Of a stretch of 44,223 nucleotides of DNA, positions 9,600 to 20,061 are shown one piece after another. Position 1 is the stretch's first letter; the number at the start of each line of letters is the position of its first letter. This DNA comes from Pseudomonadota bacterium (GTDB lineage Bacteria > Pseudomonadota > Gammaproteobacteria > JAKAQQ01). Under the pieces are notes generated by a model. That model was not told the origin of the DNA, did no database searches, and worked only from the letters and a program-made list of their open reading frames with translations. The position numbers were made by a program, and so were the translations under genes. The DNA is taken from assembly GCA_027320085.1 (NCBI GenBank), contig DAHVLZ010000032.1, forward strand, positions 1-44,223, in the 5' to 3' direction.

Positions 9600-9637
9600 T
9601 ATATTTAGATATTTATCTAAATATATAAATATGTCAA
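9600..9637 (-). promoter_or_regulatory. Perfect 12-2-12 palindromic operator plus -35 TTGACA upstream of the CPBP gene
   Basis: TATATTTAGATA-TT-TATCTAAATATA at 9600-9625; TTGACA on the minus strand at 9637-9632. Confidence 0.75.
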
Positions 9638-9859
9638 CCCCCCCCACCCCCGGCATCCCAGTGGCTGGTCTGCCGGGTCTCGTGAAGCGCCGCATCGCGG
9701 AAGCGGCCCGATCGATGCCCCGTCTAGGCTCGCTGTCCCCTCGTTTTGATCATGGACCGGCCCCCGGGCCGCCCGACCCCGGATCCCGCGCGCGGGGTGC
9801 GTCCATCAAGCGTCCCCCACCACGGACGCAACCGGGTTGCTCGAGCCGGGAAAACAGGT

Positions 9860-9891
9860 GAAAAAACCCCCCGCCACCCGGTGGCGGGGGG
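9860..9891 (-). terminator. Intrinsic terminator of the HAF-repeat gene
   Basis: ccccccgccacc/ggtggcgggggg inverted repeat followed by a T-tract on the minus strand. Confidence 0.85.
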
Positions 9892-9912
9892 AAAGACCAG
9901 GACCCGTTCCCT

Positions 9913-11157
9913 TCAGTGGGTTCCGGGGCGGGTTTCCGGAATGGCTTCGAAGGCGACCGTGGCACCGGTTGTGGCATCGATGGCCTGGCCGGTGATGACC
10001 CCGCGGTCATTGATGTCCTGGGCATCGGTCAGGACGAGGTCCGTGCCGGGTGCGGCCAACGCGTTGAGATTGGTCAGAACCCCCTTCTGCCAGAGAAAGG
10101 CATCTGCCGGAGCCGTGCCGCCGAAGGAGGCTCCCACCACTTGGCCACGGTCGTTGATCCCGAGTGCCTCACTGTACTGGTTGCCGGGGAGAACCCCGAG
10201 GTTGCAGGTCCCGCGGGTCACCTGTCCGTTGCACCGGTAGGGCCGATTGGACCAGTAGAAGGCCTGGAAGTTGGCACCGGCGAAGGTGGGCCCGTCGCCG
10301 GGCAGGTCGGAAAAGCCCACCACGTCCCCCGCGTTGTTGACGTCCATCGGGGTGTTCCAGTAGGACCCGCCCAGCGTGGGCAGGATCCGGAACACGCGGC
10401 CATGGAACCAGACCACCATGTGCTCGGCTGTTTCGCCGCCGATGGCTCCGCCGCACAAGCCGGAGATGCCCACGACCTCCCCCCTCTGGTTGATGGCGGT
10501 TGCAGCCCCGTCCAGGTCGCCCGGGACCGGCGGCAGTTCATGGGCCTGGTAGACACCGTCCCTGAGGGACCAGAGGACGGCTTCGAACTGGAGCACCTGG
10601 TTGTTGGCATTGCAGGTCGGGTCCTGAACCCGGTCCTCGGCCCAGCCCACGATCTGCCCCCGGTTGTTGACTCCGGTGGCGAATCCATCGTAGCCGCCCA
10701 GGGTCGGGAGCGCCGTCATCCGTCCCTCCCGCCAGACGAAACCCCGGCAGATGTCCTGGGTGACCGTGAAGAAGACGGCGAGGCCGCAGCTCCAGTCTTC
10801 ATGCAGGGGATCGGGCCGCCCCTCCTCGGCGATGCCGACCACGAGGCCGTGGTCATTGTGATTGGGCCAGGCGACCGCACTGTTCGGGCCCCCGAGCGTG
10901 CCGAGCGGCGTGGGTCCTCCTCTCCGCCAGAGCATGGCCTCCATGACGGTATCTCCCGGCAAGGCCGAAAAACCCGCGATCCAGTCACGGGCGTTGATGC
11001 TCGATCCCTGGCTTACGGTTCCGCCCAGGGGATTGCCGAGATTGATGATGTGATAGGCGACCGGTGCCGGGGTTTGGGCCAGAATCGTTGCGGGCAGGAC
11101 CAGCAAGAGGGCTGCAAGACCCAGGGACACCAGACGAGACAGGCGTTTGGGGTTCAT
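9913..11157 (-). CDS. Secreted HAF-repeat (beta-propeller-like) protein
   Basis: Signal peptide; repeated LGTLGG..S.A..IN.RG.VVG units. Confidence 0.85.
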   Translation of the reverse strand: MNPKRLSRLVSLGLAALLLVLPATILAQTPAPVAYHIINLGNPLGGTVSQGSSINARDWIAGFSALPGDTVMEAMLWRRGGPTPLGTLGGPNSAVAWPNHNDHGLVVGIAEEGRPDPLHEDWSCGLAVFFTVTQDICRGFVWREGRMTALPTLGGYDGFATGVNNRGQIVGWAEDRVQDPTCNANNQVLQFEAVLWSLRDGVYQAHELPPVPGDLDGAATAINQRGEVVGISGLCGGAIGGETAEHMVVWFHGRVFRILPTLGGSYWNTPMDVNNAGDVVGFSDLPGDGPTFAGANFQAFYWSNRPYRCNGQVTRGTCNLGVLPGNQYSEALGINDRGQVVGASFGGTAPADAFLWQKGVLTNLNALAAPGTDLVLTDAQDINDRGVITGQAIDATTGATVAFEAIPETRPGTH

Positions 11158-11451
11158 GATCGATCCTCCGGATGTCGGGTGATGGATCGAGTCTAGGAGG
11201 CTTGACCTGCTTTGCTCGCCACAATCGGACCCCGATGACGGCAAGCCCGGAGGCTAAGGGGCCTTCCGGCCCCTTCCTTTCCGGCCCTGGGCGAAGGGGG
11301 TTGGTGTTCGGGCGTTCGGGGGCCCGGCCGGAAAGACCCGTGGCAGGCCGGAATCCTAGTGGTGGCAGGATCCGACAAAGCGGTCCGATAATGGCGAGCA
11401 CGGGAGGAGCGAGCCTTTTAGGATCAGGATCCCGGATCGGGAGGTGCGTTC

Positions 11452-12972
11452 TTGGTACTCGAAGCCACGATCTGCGAGCAGGCCCGTCTGACGCGGGACC
11501 CGCGCTACGACGGACGCTTCTTCATTGGCGTGACCTCGACGGGAATCTATTGCCGGCCCATCTGCCCGTCCCCTCACGCGAGACGGGAGCATGTGTGTTT
11601 TTTCCCTTCCGCCGCCGCCGCCCAGGAGGCCGGTTTCCGTCCCTGTCTCCGGTGCCGGCCGGAGGTGGCCCCGGGGACTTCCGCCTGGCGCGGGAGTTCG
11701 GAGATCGTGCGCCGGGCGCTTCGACTCATTTCGGATGGTGCCCTCGATACCGGGGAGGTGGGGGGATTGGCTGCCCGGGTCGGTGTGAGCGCTCGCCACC
11801 TGTCCCGACTGTTCATGCAGCACCTGGGCGCCCGGCCCATCGCGGTGGCGCAGGCTCGCCGGCTCCATTTCGCGAAACAGCTCATCACCGATACCGGCCT
11901 GCCGATGAGCCAGGTGGCCCTGGCCGCCGGGTTCGGGAGTCTCCGGCGCTTCAACGCGACCGTGCAGAAGGCCTACCGCAGGACGCCCACGGAGCTCCGC
12001 CATCTCGGCCGGGGCGAGGCGCCAAAGCGCGATGCGGACGAATACGTCTTTCATCTGGCCTACCGTCCACCCTATGACTGGGATGCCTTGCTCGTCTATC
12101 TCGCCGCCCGGGCCACGCCGGGCGTCGAATCGGTCCGGGACGGATGGTATCGCCGGAGTCTCCGGCTCGAAGGTCAGGCGGGTTTTCTGGCCGTGGGGCC
12201 GAGCGGGGGGCTCCATACCCTCGAGATCCGCATCCGGATCCCGGATCCGTCCCTCCTCATGGAAATCGTCTCGCGCGTCCGGACCATGTTCGATCTTGCG
12301 GCGGATCCCGAGATCATCGCCCGCCACCTGTCCCGTGATCCCCTGCTGGCTCCCCTCGTCCGGCGTTATCCGGGGCTCCGCGTGCCGGGGAGCTGGGATG
12401 GCTTCGAGATGACGGTGCGAGCCATTCTGGGTCAGCAGGTGAGCGTCCGCGGGGCCACGACCCTGGCCGGACGCCTGGCCGAACAGTTCGGCGCCCCCCT
12501 TGCACCCTCCATGATCGAGGGGGTCTGCCGATGTTTTCCGGACGCGGCCAGTCTGGCCGGTGCGGAAATCCGGGGGCTTCCGGATTCGCGGCGGCGCGCG
12601 ATCCAGGCCCTGGCGCGTGCCGTGGCCGGACGCCGCATCGTGTTCGATGCGGCGCTCACGGGTGGCGAGTTGCCCGAATGTTTCCGGAACATCAACGGGA
12701 TCGGGGATTGGACCGCGCAATATGTGGCGATGCGGGCTCTCAACGATCCGAACGCCTTCCCGGCCGGTGACCGGGTGCTGCGGCGGGTCGCGGGAGGGGG
12801 GAGGTTGCTGACGGAGCGGGCCCTGGTCAAGCGGGCCGAGGCGTGGAAGCCCTGGCGGGCCTATGCGGCGATGTATCTCTGGCGGAGTGCGGCCGGGGAC
12901 GGGCCGGGGCAACGGGTGCCGGTTGAGGCTACCAGATCGACGGTGCCCAGTTCTCCTCCTTCCCGCCCTTGA
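11452..12972 (+). CDS. alkA: Ada-AlkA fusion (Ada Zn domain, AraC HTH, AlkA N-terminal and glycosylase domains)
   Basis: [35 protein letters not shown] and W.PWRAYAA. Confidence 0.9.
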   Translation: MVLEATICEQARLTRDPRYDGRFFIGVTSTGIYCRPICPSPHARREHVCFFPSAAAAQEAGFRPCLRCRPEVAPGTSAWRGSSEIVRRALRLISDGALDTGEVGGLAARVGVSARHLSRLFMQHLGARPIAVAQARRLHFAKQLITDTGLPMSQVALAAGFGSLRRFNATVQKAYRRTPTELRHLGRGEAPKRDADEYVFHLAYRPPYDWDALLVYLAARATPGVESVRDGWYRRSLRLEGQAGFLAVGPSGGLHTLEIRIRIPDPSLLMEIVSRVRTMFDLAADPEIIARHLSRDPLLAPLVRRYPGLRVPGSWDGFEMTVRAILGQQVSVRGATTLAGRLAEQFGAPLAPSMIEGVCRCFPDAASLAGAEIRGLPDSRRRAIQALARAVAGRRIVFDAALTGGELPECFRNINGIGDWTAQYVAMRALNDPNAFPAGDRVLRRVAGGGRLLTERALVKRAEAWKPWRAYAAMYLWRSAAGDGPGQRVPVEATRSTVPSSPPSRP

Positions 12973-13600
12973 GTGCTCCCACCCGGATCACGGTGGGGCT
13001 CACATAATAATAGGGTGGCACGGGAAGGTTGAGGGGGGCCGGCGAGCCCACGAGCACGCGACCCGCAAAGTCGTACATGGAGCCATGGCACGGGCAGTGG
13101 AAACCGCCCTTCCAGGAGGGGCCCAGGGAGCCACCGGGTTGGGGGACGTAGTCCGGGATGCAGCCCAGGTGGGTACAGATGCCGATCAGGACGAGATACT
13201 CCTTCCGGATTGATCGCCAGTATTGGTAGACCCCGGAGGGCATTCCCGGCGGTTGCTGGGGCTGCCGGTTGTGGGGGTCTTTGAGGACCGAATCCATGCC
13301 CGGGAGGATTGACAGCTGCTCGGGAGTCCGGCGCAGGACCCAGGCCGGCTTGTGACGCCAGAGCACCGTGATGAGCTCAGCCGGCTTGATCTTGCTGATG
13401 TCGATATCCACCGGGCTGCCGGCTGCGACTGCTTTGCGGCTCGGGTTCATCGATCCGATGAAGGGGATCGACGCCGAGGCGACGCCGATGGCGCCGAGCA
13501 CCGTGCTTGCGGAGATGAGGAAGCGGCGACGGCTCTGGTCGACGGCGTCACCGGTCTCTTCCGGGGTGGAACGGGCTGCGGGCTCGGGCGGGTTTTTCAC
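12929..13600 (-). CDS. petA: Rieske iron-sulfur subunit (PetA-type)
   Basis: Tat motif SRRRFL, CTHLGC and CPCHGS; GTG 13600 with GAGGAG RBS. Confidence 0.9.
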   Translation of the reverse strand: MKNPPEPAARSTPEETGDAVDQSRRRFLISASTVLGAIGVASASIPFIGSMNPSRKAVAAGSPVDIDISKIKPAELITVLWRHKPAWVLRRTPEQLSILPGMDSVLKDPHNRQPQQPPGMPSGVYQYWRSIRKEYLVLIGICTHLGCIPDYVPQPGGSLGPSWKGGFHCPCHGSMYDFAGRVLVGSPAPLNLPVPPYYYVSPTVIRVGALKGGKEENWAPSIW

Positions 13601-13864
13601 GGGCGGGCTCCTCTGGGCTCGGTGAACCGGGGGAGATCCGGTCGACCTCAATTATACCCGTCCGGGCCCGGAGATGATCCGCCGGGCCCTCACGAGGCGG
13701 TGCTGGAAGACCCAGTACCCAAAGGTCGAAGGGCGTGTGTCCCATTCCTGCTGGCACACGCGCCAGGATCGCGAGGCTCCCCGGCCAATCCCGTCGGGTT
13801 GTGGGTATCGGTTGTGCGGGGAGCCCCATGATTCCAGGGTCCACACCCGGGTTGGCCGTCTTGC

Positions 13865-14767
13865 GTGGACCGGCTGATGCGAACCGAGAAGTGCGAGGTC
13901 TACCTGACGGGCTCGTCGGCGCGCATGCTCTCCAAAGAGATCGCCACGCAGATGCAGGGGCGGGCCTTGTCCTGGGAGATGTTCCCGTTTTCGTTCAAGC
14001 GGCGGTTACTGGTTCAAAAGGCGTTCGGCGAATATTGGGAAACTGGAGGATTCCCGGAAGTGCTGGGCCTGCCGCGCCAATTGCGTGTCAAGACGCACCA
14101 GGAATACTTCCACGCCGTGCTTTTCCGTGACCTGATTGAACGCCATGACGTGGCCCACCCCAAAGCCGTGGCCGATCTGGCCCACTGGCTGGTGGACAAC
14201 ATCGGCGCGCCCCATTCCGTCAACCGGTTGACCCGGTATCTGCAATCACTGGGGCACAACGCCCCCAAGTCGGCGGTGTCGAATTTCCTGGCGTGGTTCG
14301 AGGATGCCTATTTCTTGTTTAGCGTGCGGATTTTCGACGCCTCCCTGGCCCGCCGCCACACCAACCCCAAGAAGGCCTACTGCGTCGATCATGCCATGAT
14401 CACGTCGGTGTCGTCGGGGATTCTGCTCAACTCGGGGCATCTCCTGGAAAACCTGGTTTACACGGCGTTGCGGCGAGTATTCCCGGAGATTTTTTACTAT
14501 AAAACGGCTGACGGTCGGGAGGTCGATTTCATCGTGCGATCAGGTTCGCGGTCCCCAATCCTGACCCAGGTCTGCGCGTCGCTCGCTGATCCGCTGACTC
14601 GCAAGCGCGAAGTGGCGGCGCTCAGCGAGTCCATGACGGAGTTGTGCGTCAAGACGGCAATCATTGTGACGCGGGCCGAAGATGAGCGGATCGCAACCAA
14701 CGCGGGGATCATCCATGTCGTTCCAATCTGGAGGTTCTTGCTGGAATTGCCGGAGTCGAAGGAATAG
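13865..14767 (+). pseudogene. 5'-truncated AAA+ ATPase/DUF4143 gene
   Basis: Begins at LTGSS with no Walker A/B; retains GGFPE, LLENLV and EVDF. Confidence 0.7.
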
Positions 14768-14771
14768 TCGC

Positions 14772-14834
14772 ATGCGTTTTCTTCTGATCAGTGATACCCA
14801 CGGGAATCCCGGCCTCATCAACGTCGTGGCCTGA
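14772..14834 (+). pseudogene. Metallophosphoesterase N-terminal remnant
   Basis: MRFLLISDTHGNPGLINVVA-stop, the first motif of calcineurin-like phosphoesterases. Confidence 0.55.
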
Positions 14835-14871
14835 TTTGCTAGGTTAGTTAGCGGATCCAAGCGTATTATTC

Positions 14872-14899
14872 TTGCAATTCTGGCTCAGTACGCCATAAT
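14872..14899 (+). promoter_or_regulatory. Sigma70-like promoter giving a probably leaderless mRNA
   Basis: TTGCAA-N16-CATAAT, ATG 7 nt downstream, no SD. Confidence 0.5.
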
Positions 14900-14906
14900 T
14901 GCTAGG

Positions 14907-16070
14907 ATGTTACCGCGCCGAAAGACCGAGCTCATTCTTGCCCGACTGGACCAGTTCCCGGCCGTGATTCTGCTCGGGCCGCGGCAGTCCGGCAAGACCA
15001 CGCTGGCCAAACAGATCAGCGATGGATGGCCGAGCGTTTATCTCGATCTCGAAGACCCGGCGGATCGGGAGAAACTGGCTGACGCTGCGCTCTACCTGTC
15101 CAGGCACGAAGACAAGCTCGTCATCCTGGATGAAGTTCAGAGGGTGCCGGAACTCTTTAAGACGCTGCGCGGCCTCATTGACGAAAGACGATGGCGAAAC
15201 AGCAAGACAGGCCGCTTCCTGCTACTGGGCTCGGCGTCGATTGATTTGCTGAGGCAATCGGGCGAATCGCTGGCGGGCCGCATTGCCTATGTCGAACTGG
15301 GACCATTCAACGTACTTGAAGCCGATGACGATGCGCGCGAGAAACTGTGGATCAGAGGTGGATTCCCGAACAGCTTCTTGGCCGAAACCGACCAGGCAAG
15401 CGCGATCTGGCGCGAAAACTTTATCCGCACCTACCTGGAACGGGACATCCCGCAGCTCGGGCCGCGCGTGCCGGCGGAAACGCTGCGCCGGTTCTGGACC
15501 ATGCTGGCCCACGTGCAGGGTGGAACGTTGAATGCGGCGCAACTCGCGCGCGGCCTCGGCGTCGATGGCAAGACCGTCGCCCGTTATCTCGATCTTCTGG
15601 TCGATCTGCTCCTCGTGCGCCGCCTGCAGCCCTTCCAGGCCAATGTCGGAAAGCGCCTCGTGAAATCACCGAAGGTCTATGTGCGCGACAGTGGCATCGT
15701 CCATGCCCTGCTCGGCCTGGATGACCGCGACGCCGTGCTGGGCCATCCGGTGGCGGGTGGAAGCTGGGAAGGTTTCGTCGTGGAGAGCCTGATGAGCGCG
15801 GCGCCCGCGCGCGTGAACGCGAGCTTCTATCGCACTTCCGCCGGCGCCGAAATTGATCTCGTGCTCGAACTGCCTGGCGGGAAGCTGTGGGCGGTGGAAA
15901 TCAAGCGGGGGCATCGACCGGCGCTCGACAAGGGATTCCACCACGCGCGGGAAGACCTGAAGCCGGCGCGGAGCTTTGTCGTGTATTCCGGTGAAGAGCG
16001 CTATCCGAAGGGTGAAGGAGTCGAGGTGATGGGCGTGCGCGAACTGGCCTCGCTCGTGGCCCGGGCATGA
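14907..16070 (+). CDS. AAA+ ATPase with C-terminal DUF4143 (PD-(D/E)xK-like) domain
   Basis: GPRQSGKT, ILDEVQ, LLGSAS, KSPKVY.RDSG and EIDL...VEIK. Confidence 0.9.
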   Translation: MLPRRKTELILARLDQFPAVILLGPRQSGKTTLAKQISDGWPSVYLDLEDPADREKLADAALYLSRHEDKLVILDEVQRVPELFKTLRGLIDERRWRNSKTGRFLLLGSASIDLLRQSGESLAGRIAYVELGPFNVLEADDDAREKLWIRGGFPNSFLAETDQASAIWRENFIRTYLERDIPQLGPRVPAETLRRFWTMLAHVQGGTLNAAQLARGLGVDGKTVARYLDLLVDLLLVRRLQPFQANVGKRLVKSPKVYVRDSGIVHALLGLDDRDAVLGHPVAGGSWEGFVVESLMSAAPARVNASFYRTSAGAEIDLVLELPGGKLWAVEIKRGHRPALDKGFHHAREDLKPARSFVVYSGEERYPKGEGVEVMGVRELASLVARA

Positions 16071-16367
16071 CAGGTGGAAAGGTGTGGGGCTGCCGGAGGA
16101 GTGGCATCAGAGGATGGCGTGATGGACGGGGCCAGGCCGTGTCGTTGATGGTCAGGACCCACTGGCACAGGCGAGACCGACTGGCTTGCCCGACTCGATG
16201 TCCGGGACCCGTGGCAACAGTTTCAAGGTTTTATCGGGATTTTCCGGTGGGATCGCCAGTTGGGAAGGCCGACTGAGGTGCGCCTGCCCTCTGCCGACTG
16301 TGTGGAACCCTCCCTATCACTGGATGAGCCTGTGCCTACCCGGCCCCTGCCGGTTCGGGGGCTTCCG

Positions 16368-17030
16368 TCAGGCCAGAAGCGAGCGGACCCGCTCCACGGC
16401 CTCGTCCGTCGTGCGGTTCGGGGAGGGGGGCACCTGCATGCCGGCCTGGACAGCCGGGCGGGAGCCGACCCGTTCGAGCCAGGCCGAAAGGGCATCCAGC
16501 CCCTCCATCCGGATGCCGGCCCACTCGTGTGAGGCCACCCAGGGGTAGGTCGCGATGTCCGCGATGGAATAGTCGCCGGCCAGGTAGGGGGAGTCCGTGA
16601 GCCGGTGGTCGAGGACCTCGTAGAGCCTCCGGGTCTCGCGCTGGTAGCGGTCGATGGCGTAGGGGATCCGTTCCGGCGCATAGCGGTAGAACACGTTGGC
16701 CTGCCCCTGCATGGGGCCGATTCCGGCCATCTGGAAAAAAAGCCACTGGAAGACCCGTGAGCGCCCGCGGGGATCGGGTGGCAGGAGACGGCCGGTTTTT
16801 TCGGCGAGGTAGGCCAGGATGGCACCCGATTCGAAGATGGCGAAGTCCCCCTCCTCCCGGTCGACCAGGGTCGGGATCCGGCCGTTCGGATTGAGCGCGA
16901 GATAGTCCGGCCTCTTCTGTTCCAGGCGGGAGAGGTCGAGCACGTGGACGGTGTAGGGGAGACCCAGCTCCTCGAGGGCGATCGAGACCTTCCGGCCATT
17001 CGGGGTGGGGGCGGTGTGGAGATCGTACAT
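16368..17030 (-). CDS. Glutathione S-transferase, YfcG/YghU-like
   Basis: TPNG, NPNGRIP, FESGAIL.YL and SIADIA. Confidence 0.9.
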   Translation of the reverse strand: MYDLHTAPTPNGRKVSIALEELGLPYTVHVLDLSRLEQKRPDYLALNPNGRIPTLVDREEGDFAIFESGAILAYLAEKTGRLLPPDPRGRSRVFQWLFFQMAGIGPMQGQANVFYRYAPERIPYAIDRYQRETRRLYEVLDHRLTDSPYLAGDYSIADIATYPWVASHEWAGIRMEGLDALSAWLERVGSRPAVQAGMQVPPSPNRTTDEAVERVRSLLA

Positions 17031-17329
17031 CGAGAGGGGCTCCTTGAGGGCTGGCTTCAGGCTTGGGTCAGAGGCCTATTTTACCGATCTCGTTCACGAT
17101 CAACTGCATCCAGAAAGGTGGACCGGCTCGGATTATTTGGACACGGTTTTGCACCCCAGTCCACCTTTTGCATGACATCGGCCTGACGGGCTTCGGGGGG
17201 GTGACTTGAAACCCGGTTTCTCGAGGCGCCCATGATAACGATCCGCGAACGCCATGACGGCGGGTGCGCACGGCCCCCTTTCAGACACGATTCAACTCCC
17301 AACTCGTGTCCCGGAAAACCGGATCCGTC

Positions 17330-17656
17330 TCACTTGGCGATCCCGAGAAAGACGGCCAGGCGCCGCTCGATCTCGATCAGGGACTCGGGATCGATTTGCC
17401 CGAAAGGCCGTCCGATCTTCTCGCGCCGTACCGTCATCGCCTTGTCGATCATGACCTGCGAAGGCTTCCGCAGCCCGCTCAGCGGGCCCGGTTGCACGGT
17501 CACCCGCAACAACGGCGCCTCGACAAGCGTGCCGGACACCGGCAAAACTGTCACGGTGGCCGTATCCTCAAACGGATCAGCCTGGACGATCAGCGCCGGT
17601 CGGGGCTTGCTGAAATCTCCGGACCAGGCAATGGTGACGAAATCCCCCCGCCGCAC
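17330..17656 (-). CDS. PemK/MazF-family toxin
   Basis: RRGD.V, KPRPALIVQ and GL.KPSQVMIDK. Confidence 0.88.
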   Translation of the reverse strand: MRRGDFVTIAWSGDFSKPRPALIVQADPFEDTATVTVLPVSGTLVEAPLLRVTVQPGPLSGLRKPSQVMIDKAMTVRREKIGRPFGQIDPESLIEIERRLAVFLGIAK

Positions 17657-17661
17657 GCGCT

Positions 17662-17877
17662 TCAGTGCTCGGGATCGATCAGGGCCTCATCGAGGAAGCC
17701 GAGCAATGCGGAGTCGGCTTGGTCGGCCTTGGCGACCCGTCGCGACTGGCGGCGGCACTGCTGGGCAAAACCCTCGCGCCGGGTATCCGGCACCCGGAGT
17801 TGCACCGGACGCAGTCCCGCCCGCCACAGGGCATCACGGTGCTTTTGAACACGGGCATTGACGGACGTGTCGGTCAC
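17662..17877 (-). CDS. DUF3018 (MazE-like) antitoxin
   Basis: RVQKHRD.L..AGLRPVQ..VPDTR...F...C.RQS; GTG at 17877. Confidence 0.8.
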   Translation of the reverse strand: MTDTSVNARVQKHRDALWRAGLRPVQLRVPDTRREGFAQQCRRQSRRVAKADQADSALLGFLDEALIDPEH

Positions 17878-18174
17878 TTGGAATTCCTGGCGAGTGGCGT
17901 TACATGCAACGGTCCGGCGCTCAAATAAGAGCCTGGGGCCTCCGCTGGTTGCCGTCCGCGTCCTGTGTGGACGCTCGCTCTGCGACCCGTTCGACCGGCG
18001 CGGTGGCCAGCACAGCCCGGTTTTGATTTCCAATCCCCCTGGAACCCAAGAACAAGGCCCAGGGGCTCCGATCGGAGTCCGAAGCGAGGGGAAAAAAGGG
18101 AGGGGAGGAGAGAGGGGGTGTGTACTTCGGGGACCTCAAAACGGCAGGCGGCCATCAGGGACGTTTGGATTCGG

Positions 18175-18300
18175 GCAGGGCCGGCAGTTTGAACAGGGCC
18201 CGATCGTCGGCGCGTGAGTGTCTGGTCGAGCCCGGTGCGGACGGGTTCGGGGTCGAGCGCGCCGGCCTTGAGCCGGGCGAGCATGATGGCGCCGATGGAA
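18175..18300 (-). pseudogene. Plasmid mobilisation accessory protein (MobC/MobS-like) remnant
   Basis: IGAIMLARLKAG..D...V..GLDQTLTR, then a frameshift to ADDRALFKLP. Confidence 0.5.
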
Positions 18301-18369
18301 GGGGCACTTGCGCAAGAGCCTGTGATCAAGGGCTAAAGTCCACCCGCTCATTGAATGTGCGCTGCTTCC

Positions 18370-18556
18370 GGAGGGGGTGACCCCCGGGTGTTTTCTGGAT
18401 TCGTATACAAAGATGCGAGGAGAGGGAAAATGGGGATCCGCAAAGGCGCCGACCGGAATCGCCACGATGCTGCCCTGGCCGTCCACCACATACGTAGACC
18501 GTCGCCGCGCAGGTGGGACCGACATGAAATTTGATTTTGGACCCTTGATCTCCCAC
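18370..18556 (-). pseudogene. GFA/CENP-V family gene remnant
   Basis: KFH..PTCAATVY in one frame and VAIPVGAFADP.FP.P...VYESRKHP in another. Confidence 0.65.
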
Positions 18557-18752
18557 TCGAATGATTGAATTATCTTGGAATTATTTGTGATCGTGTGGAA
18601 TATTTCGGAGAGGGATGCGTGGATAAACCCCTGATTCGCCTGGATCGGAGCCATTGATATTCCACGGATTGGCACCGTCGCCAGCCTGCACCGTCAGTAT
18701 GCGATGTGTGATCATTTATGATATATTACGCATATTGATTTTTCGTGCCACC

Positions 18753-19553
18753 GTGAAATCACGCCTCTCCACTATCCTCGATGATGCCGAGCGGTCGGGC
18801 AAACTCATGCTCACCGATGCGCAGATCGCCGCGTCCCTCCCTGATACATCCCCGGAAGCACTGCGCCAGGCTTTGCATCGACAGCAACGACGCGGTCGCA
18901 TCATCCGTCTTGCGCGCGGCTCTGGGCAATGGGTGATCGTGCCCTTGATGTACGCGCAAAGCGGCGCGCCCCCTCCTGAGACGTGGCTGCACCGATTCCT
19001 CGCCTCCACGCTCAGGATCCCCTACTACGTCGGGTTGCTCTCTGCGGCGGAAGCGTATGGCGTTGCCCCCTATGCGCCGTCGGTCATCCAGGTCATGGTA
19101 CCGATGCAGCGCCGGCCGATGGTGGTCGGCCGCCAACGCCTGACCTTCCACACCCGCGCCCGCATATCAGGGATGCCGAGTCAGTGGCACGAAACCCCGG
19201 ACGGCCGGTATCTCGTCTCTACGCCCGAGCTCACGATGCTTGATCTTCTGCGGCGCCAGGAGCTTGCCGGCGGACCAATCCGCATTGCCGGGGTGGTCGA
19301 AGGACTCAGCGCGTACTCACATCCAGAGGGGCTCAGGGCGGCATTGGTTGCCGCTCACGACATCCCCAATGCACAGCGGCTCGGCGCGCTTCTTGCGCGA
19401 CAAGGCTCCAATCTCGCGGATACGGTGGCTGCGTTCCTCAAAGACCGGAAACTGCGACCCGTGGCCCTGGCGCCCGGGCGGCCAGGCCAGAGTCGCCAGA
19501 ATGTCCAGTTTAGAGTGCTCCTGCCCGTGCGGCTTGGGGAATCGAATACGTGA
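18753..19553 (+). CDS. abiEi: AbiEi-type (type IV TA) antitoxin
   Basis: YYVGLLSAA..YG, Q V.V and VSTPELT.LDL; followed by the AbiEii 5' end; GTG start at 18753 inferred. Confidence 0.8.
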   Translation: MKSRLSTILDDAERSGKLMLTDAQIAASLPDTSPEALRQALHRQQRRGRIIRLARGSGQWVIVPLMYAQSGAPPPETWLHRFLASTLRIPYYVGLLSAAEAYGVAPYAPSVIQVMVPMQRRPMVVGRQRLTFHTRARISGMPSQWHETPDGRYLVSTPELTMLDLLRRQELAGGPIRIAGVVEGLSAYSHPEGLRAALVAAHDIPNAQRLGALLARQGSNLADTVAAFLKDRKLRPVALAPGRPGQSRQNVQFRVLLPVRLGESNT

Positions 19554-19663
19554 TCCAGCAATCGCACCTCACCACCTGGCAGGCGCACGCGCCCTGGGAT
19601 AAGCGCAGCAAGATCGAGCAGGACTTGCGACTCTCGCGCGCCGTGGCAAGCCGTATGCAGTGA
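19550..19663 (+). pseudogene. abiEii: Truncated AbiEii nucleotidyltransferase toxin (37 aa)
   Basis: MIQQSHLTTWQAHAPW...KIEQDLRLSRAV then stop; GTGA overlap with abiEi. Confidence 0.75.
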
Positions 19664-19808
19664 TCTTGTCCTACGAAGAGGATCAAAAGCTCCAGGATCT
19701 GGAAGACGCCTGGTGGGGGAGCGCGCCAAGGCGGCACTCGGCAGTGGTCTGGTGGGGCCGGAGGAGGTCTGGCCGTATCTGCAGGGAAAGCTGGATGCGG
19801 CGTCTTGA
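19660..19808 (+). pseudogene. C-terminal half of a Phd-type antitoxin, frameshifted
   Basis: VILSYEE.QKLQDLEDAWWG, then (one G missing) ERAKAALGSGLVGPEE...; overlaps the relE start. Confidence 0.6.
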
Positions 19809-20061
19809 TCTCACACGGGATGCACTCAAGTTTCTCGATGAATTGCCGCCCAGGCAATTCAAGCAGGTCACCACGACGATACTGGGCCTGCTCCGCGAAC
19901 CCGAACCCCATGATGCCCGGCTGTTGAAGGGGTATGACTATCGTCGCGTGGACGTTGGGGAATACCGGGTGATCTACGATTTCGCGGAAGAGGAGATCCG
20001 TGTCCTCCTGATCGGGCAGCGCAACGATGATGCTGTTTATCAGGCGCTGCGTCGGAAGTAG
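19795..20061 (+). CDS. RelE/ParE-family toxin, apparently intact
   Basis: A.KFLD.LP.RQ.KQV, P.PHD..LLKG..YRRVDVGEYRVIY and IG.RNDD.VY. Confidence 0.85.
   Translation: MRRLDLTRDALKFLDELPPRQFKQVTTTILGLLREPEPHDARLLKGYDYRRVDVGEYRVIYDFAEEEIRVLLIGQRNDDAVYQALRRK

Noticed and set aside
17114-17168. 10-bp inverted repeat aaaggtggac/gtccaccttt as a MITE or ncRNA
   Set aside because: Single short occurrence with no second copy or target duplication in the window
19660-20061. 133-aa antitoxin-toxin fusion protein
   Set aside because: Produced by a one-base loss in the antitoxin remnant; relE has its own ATG at 19795
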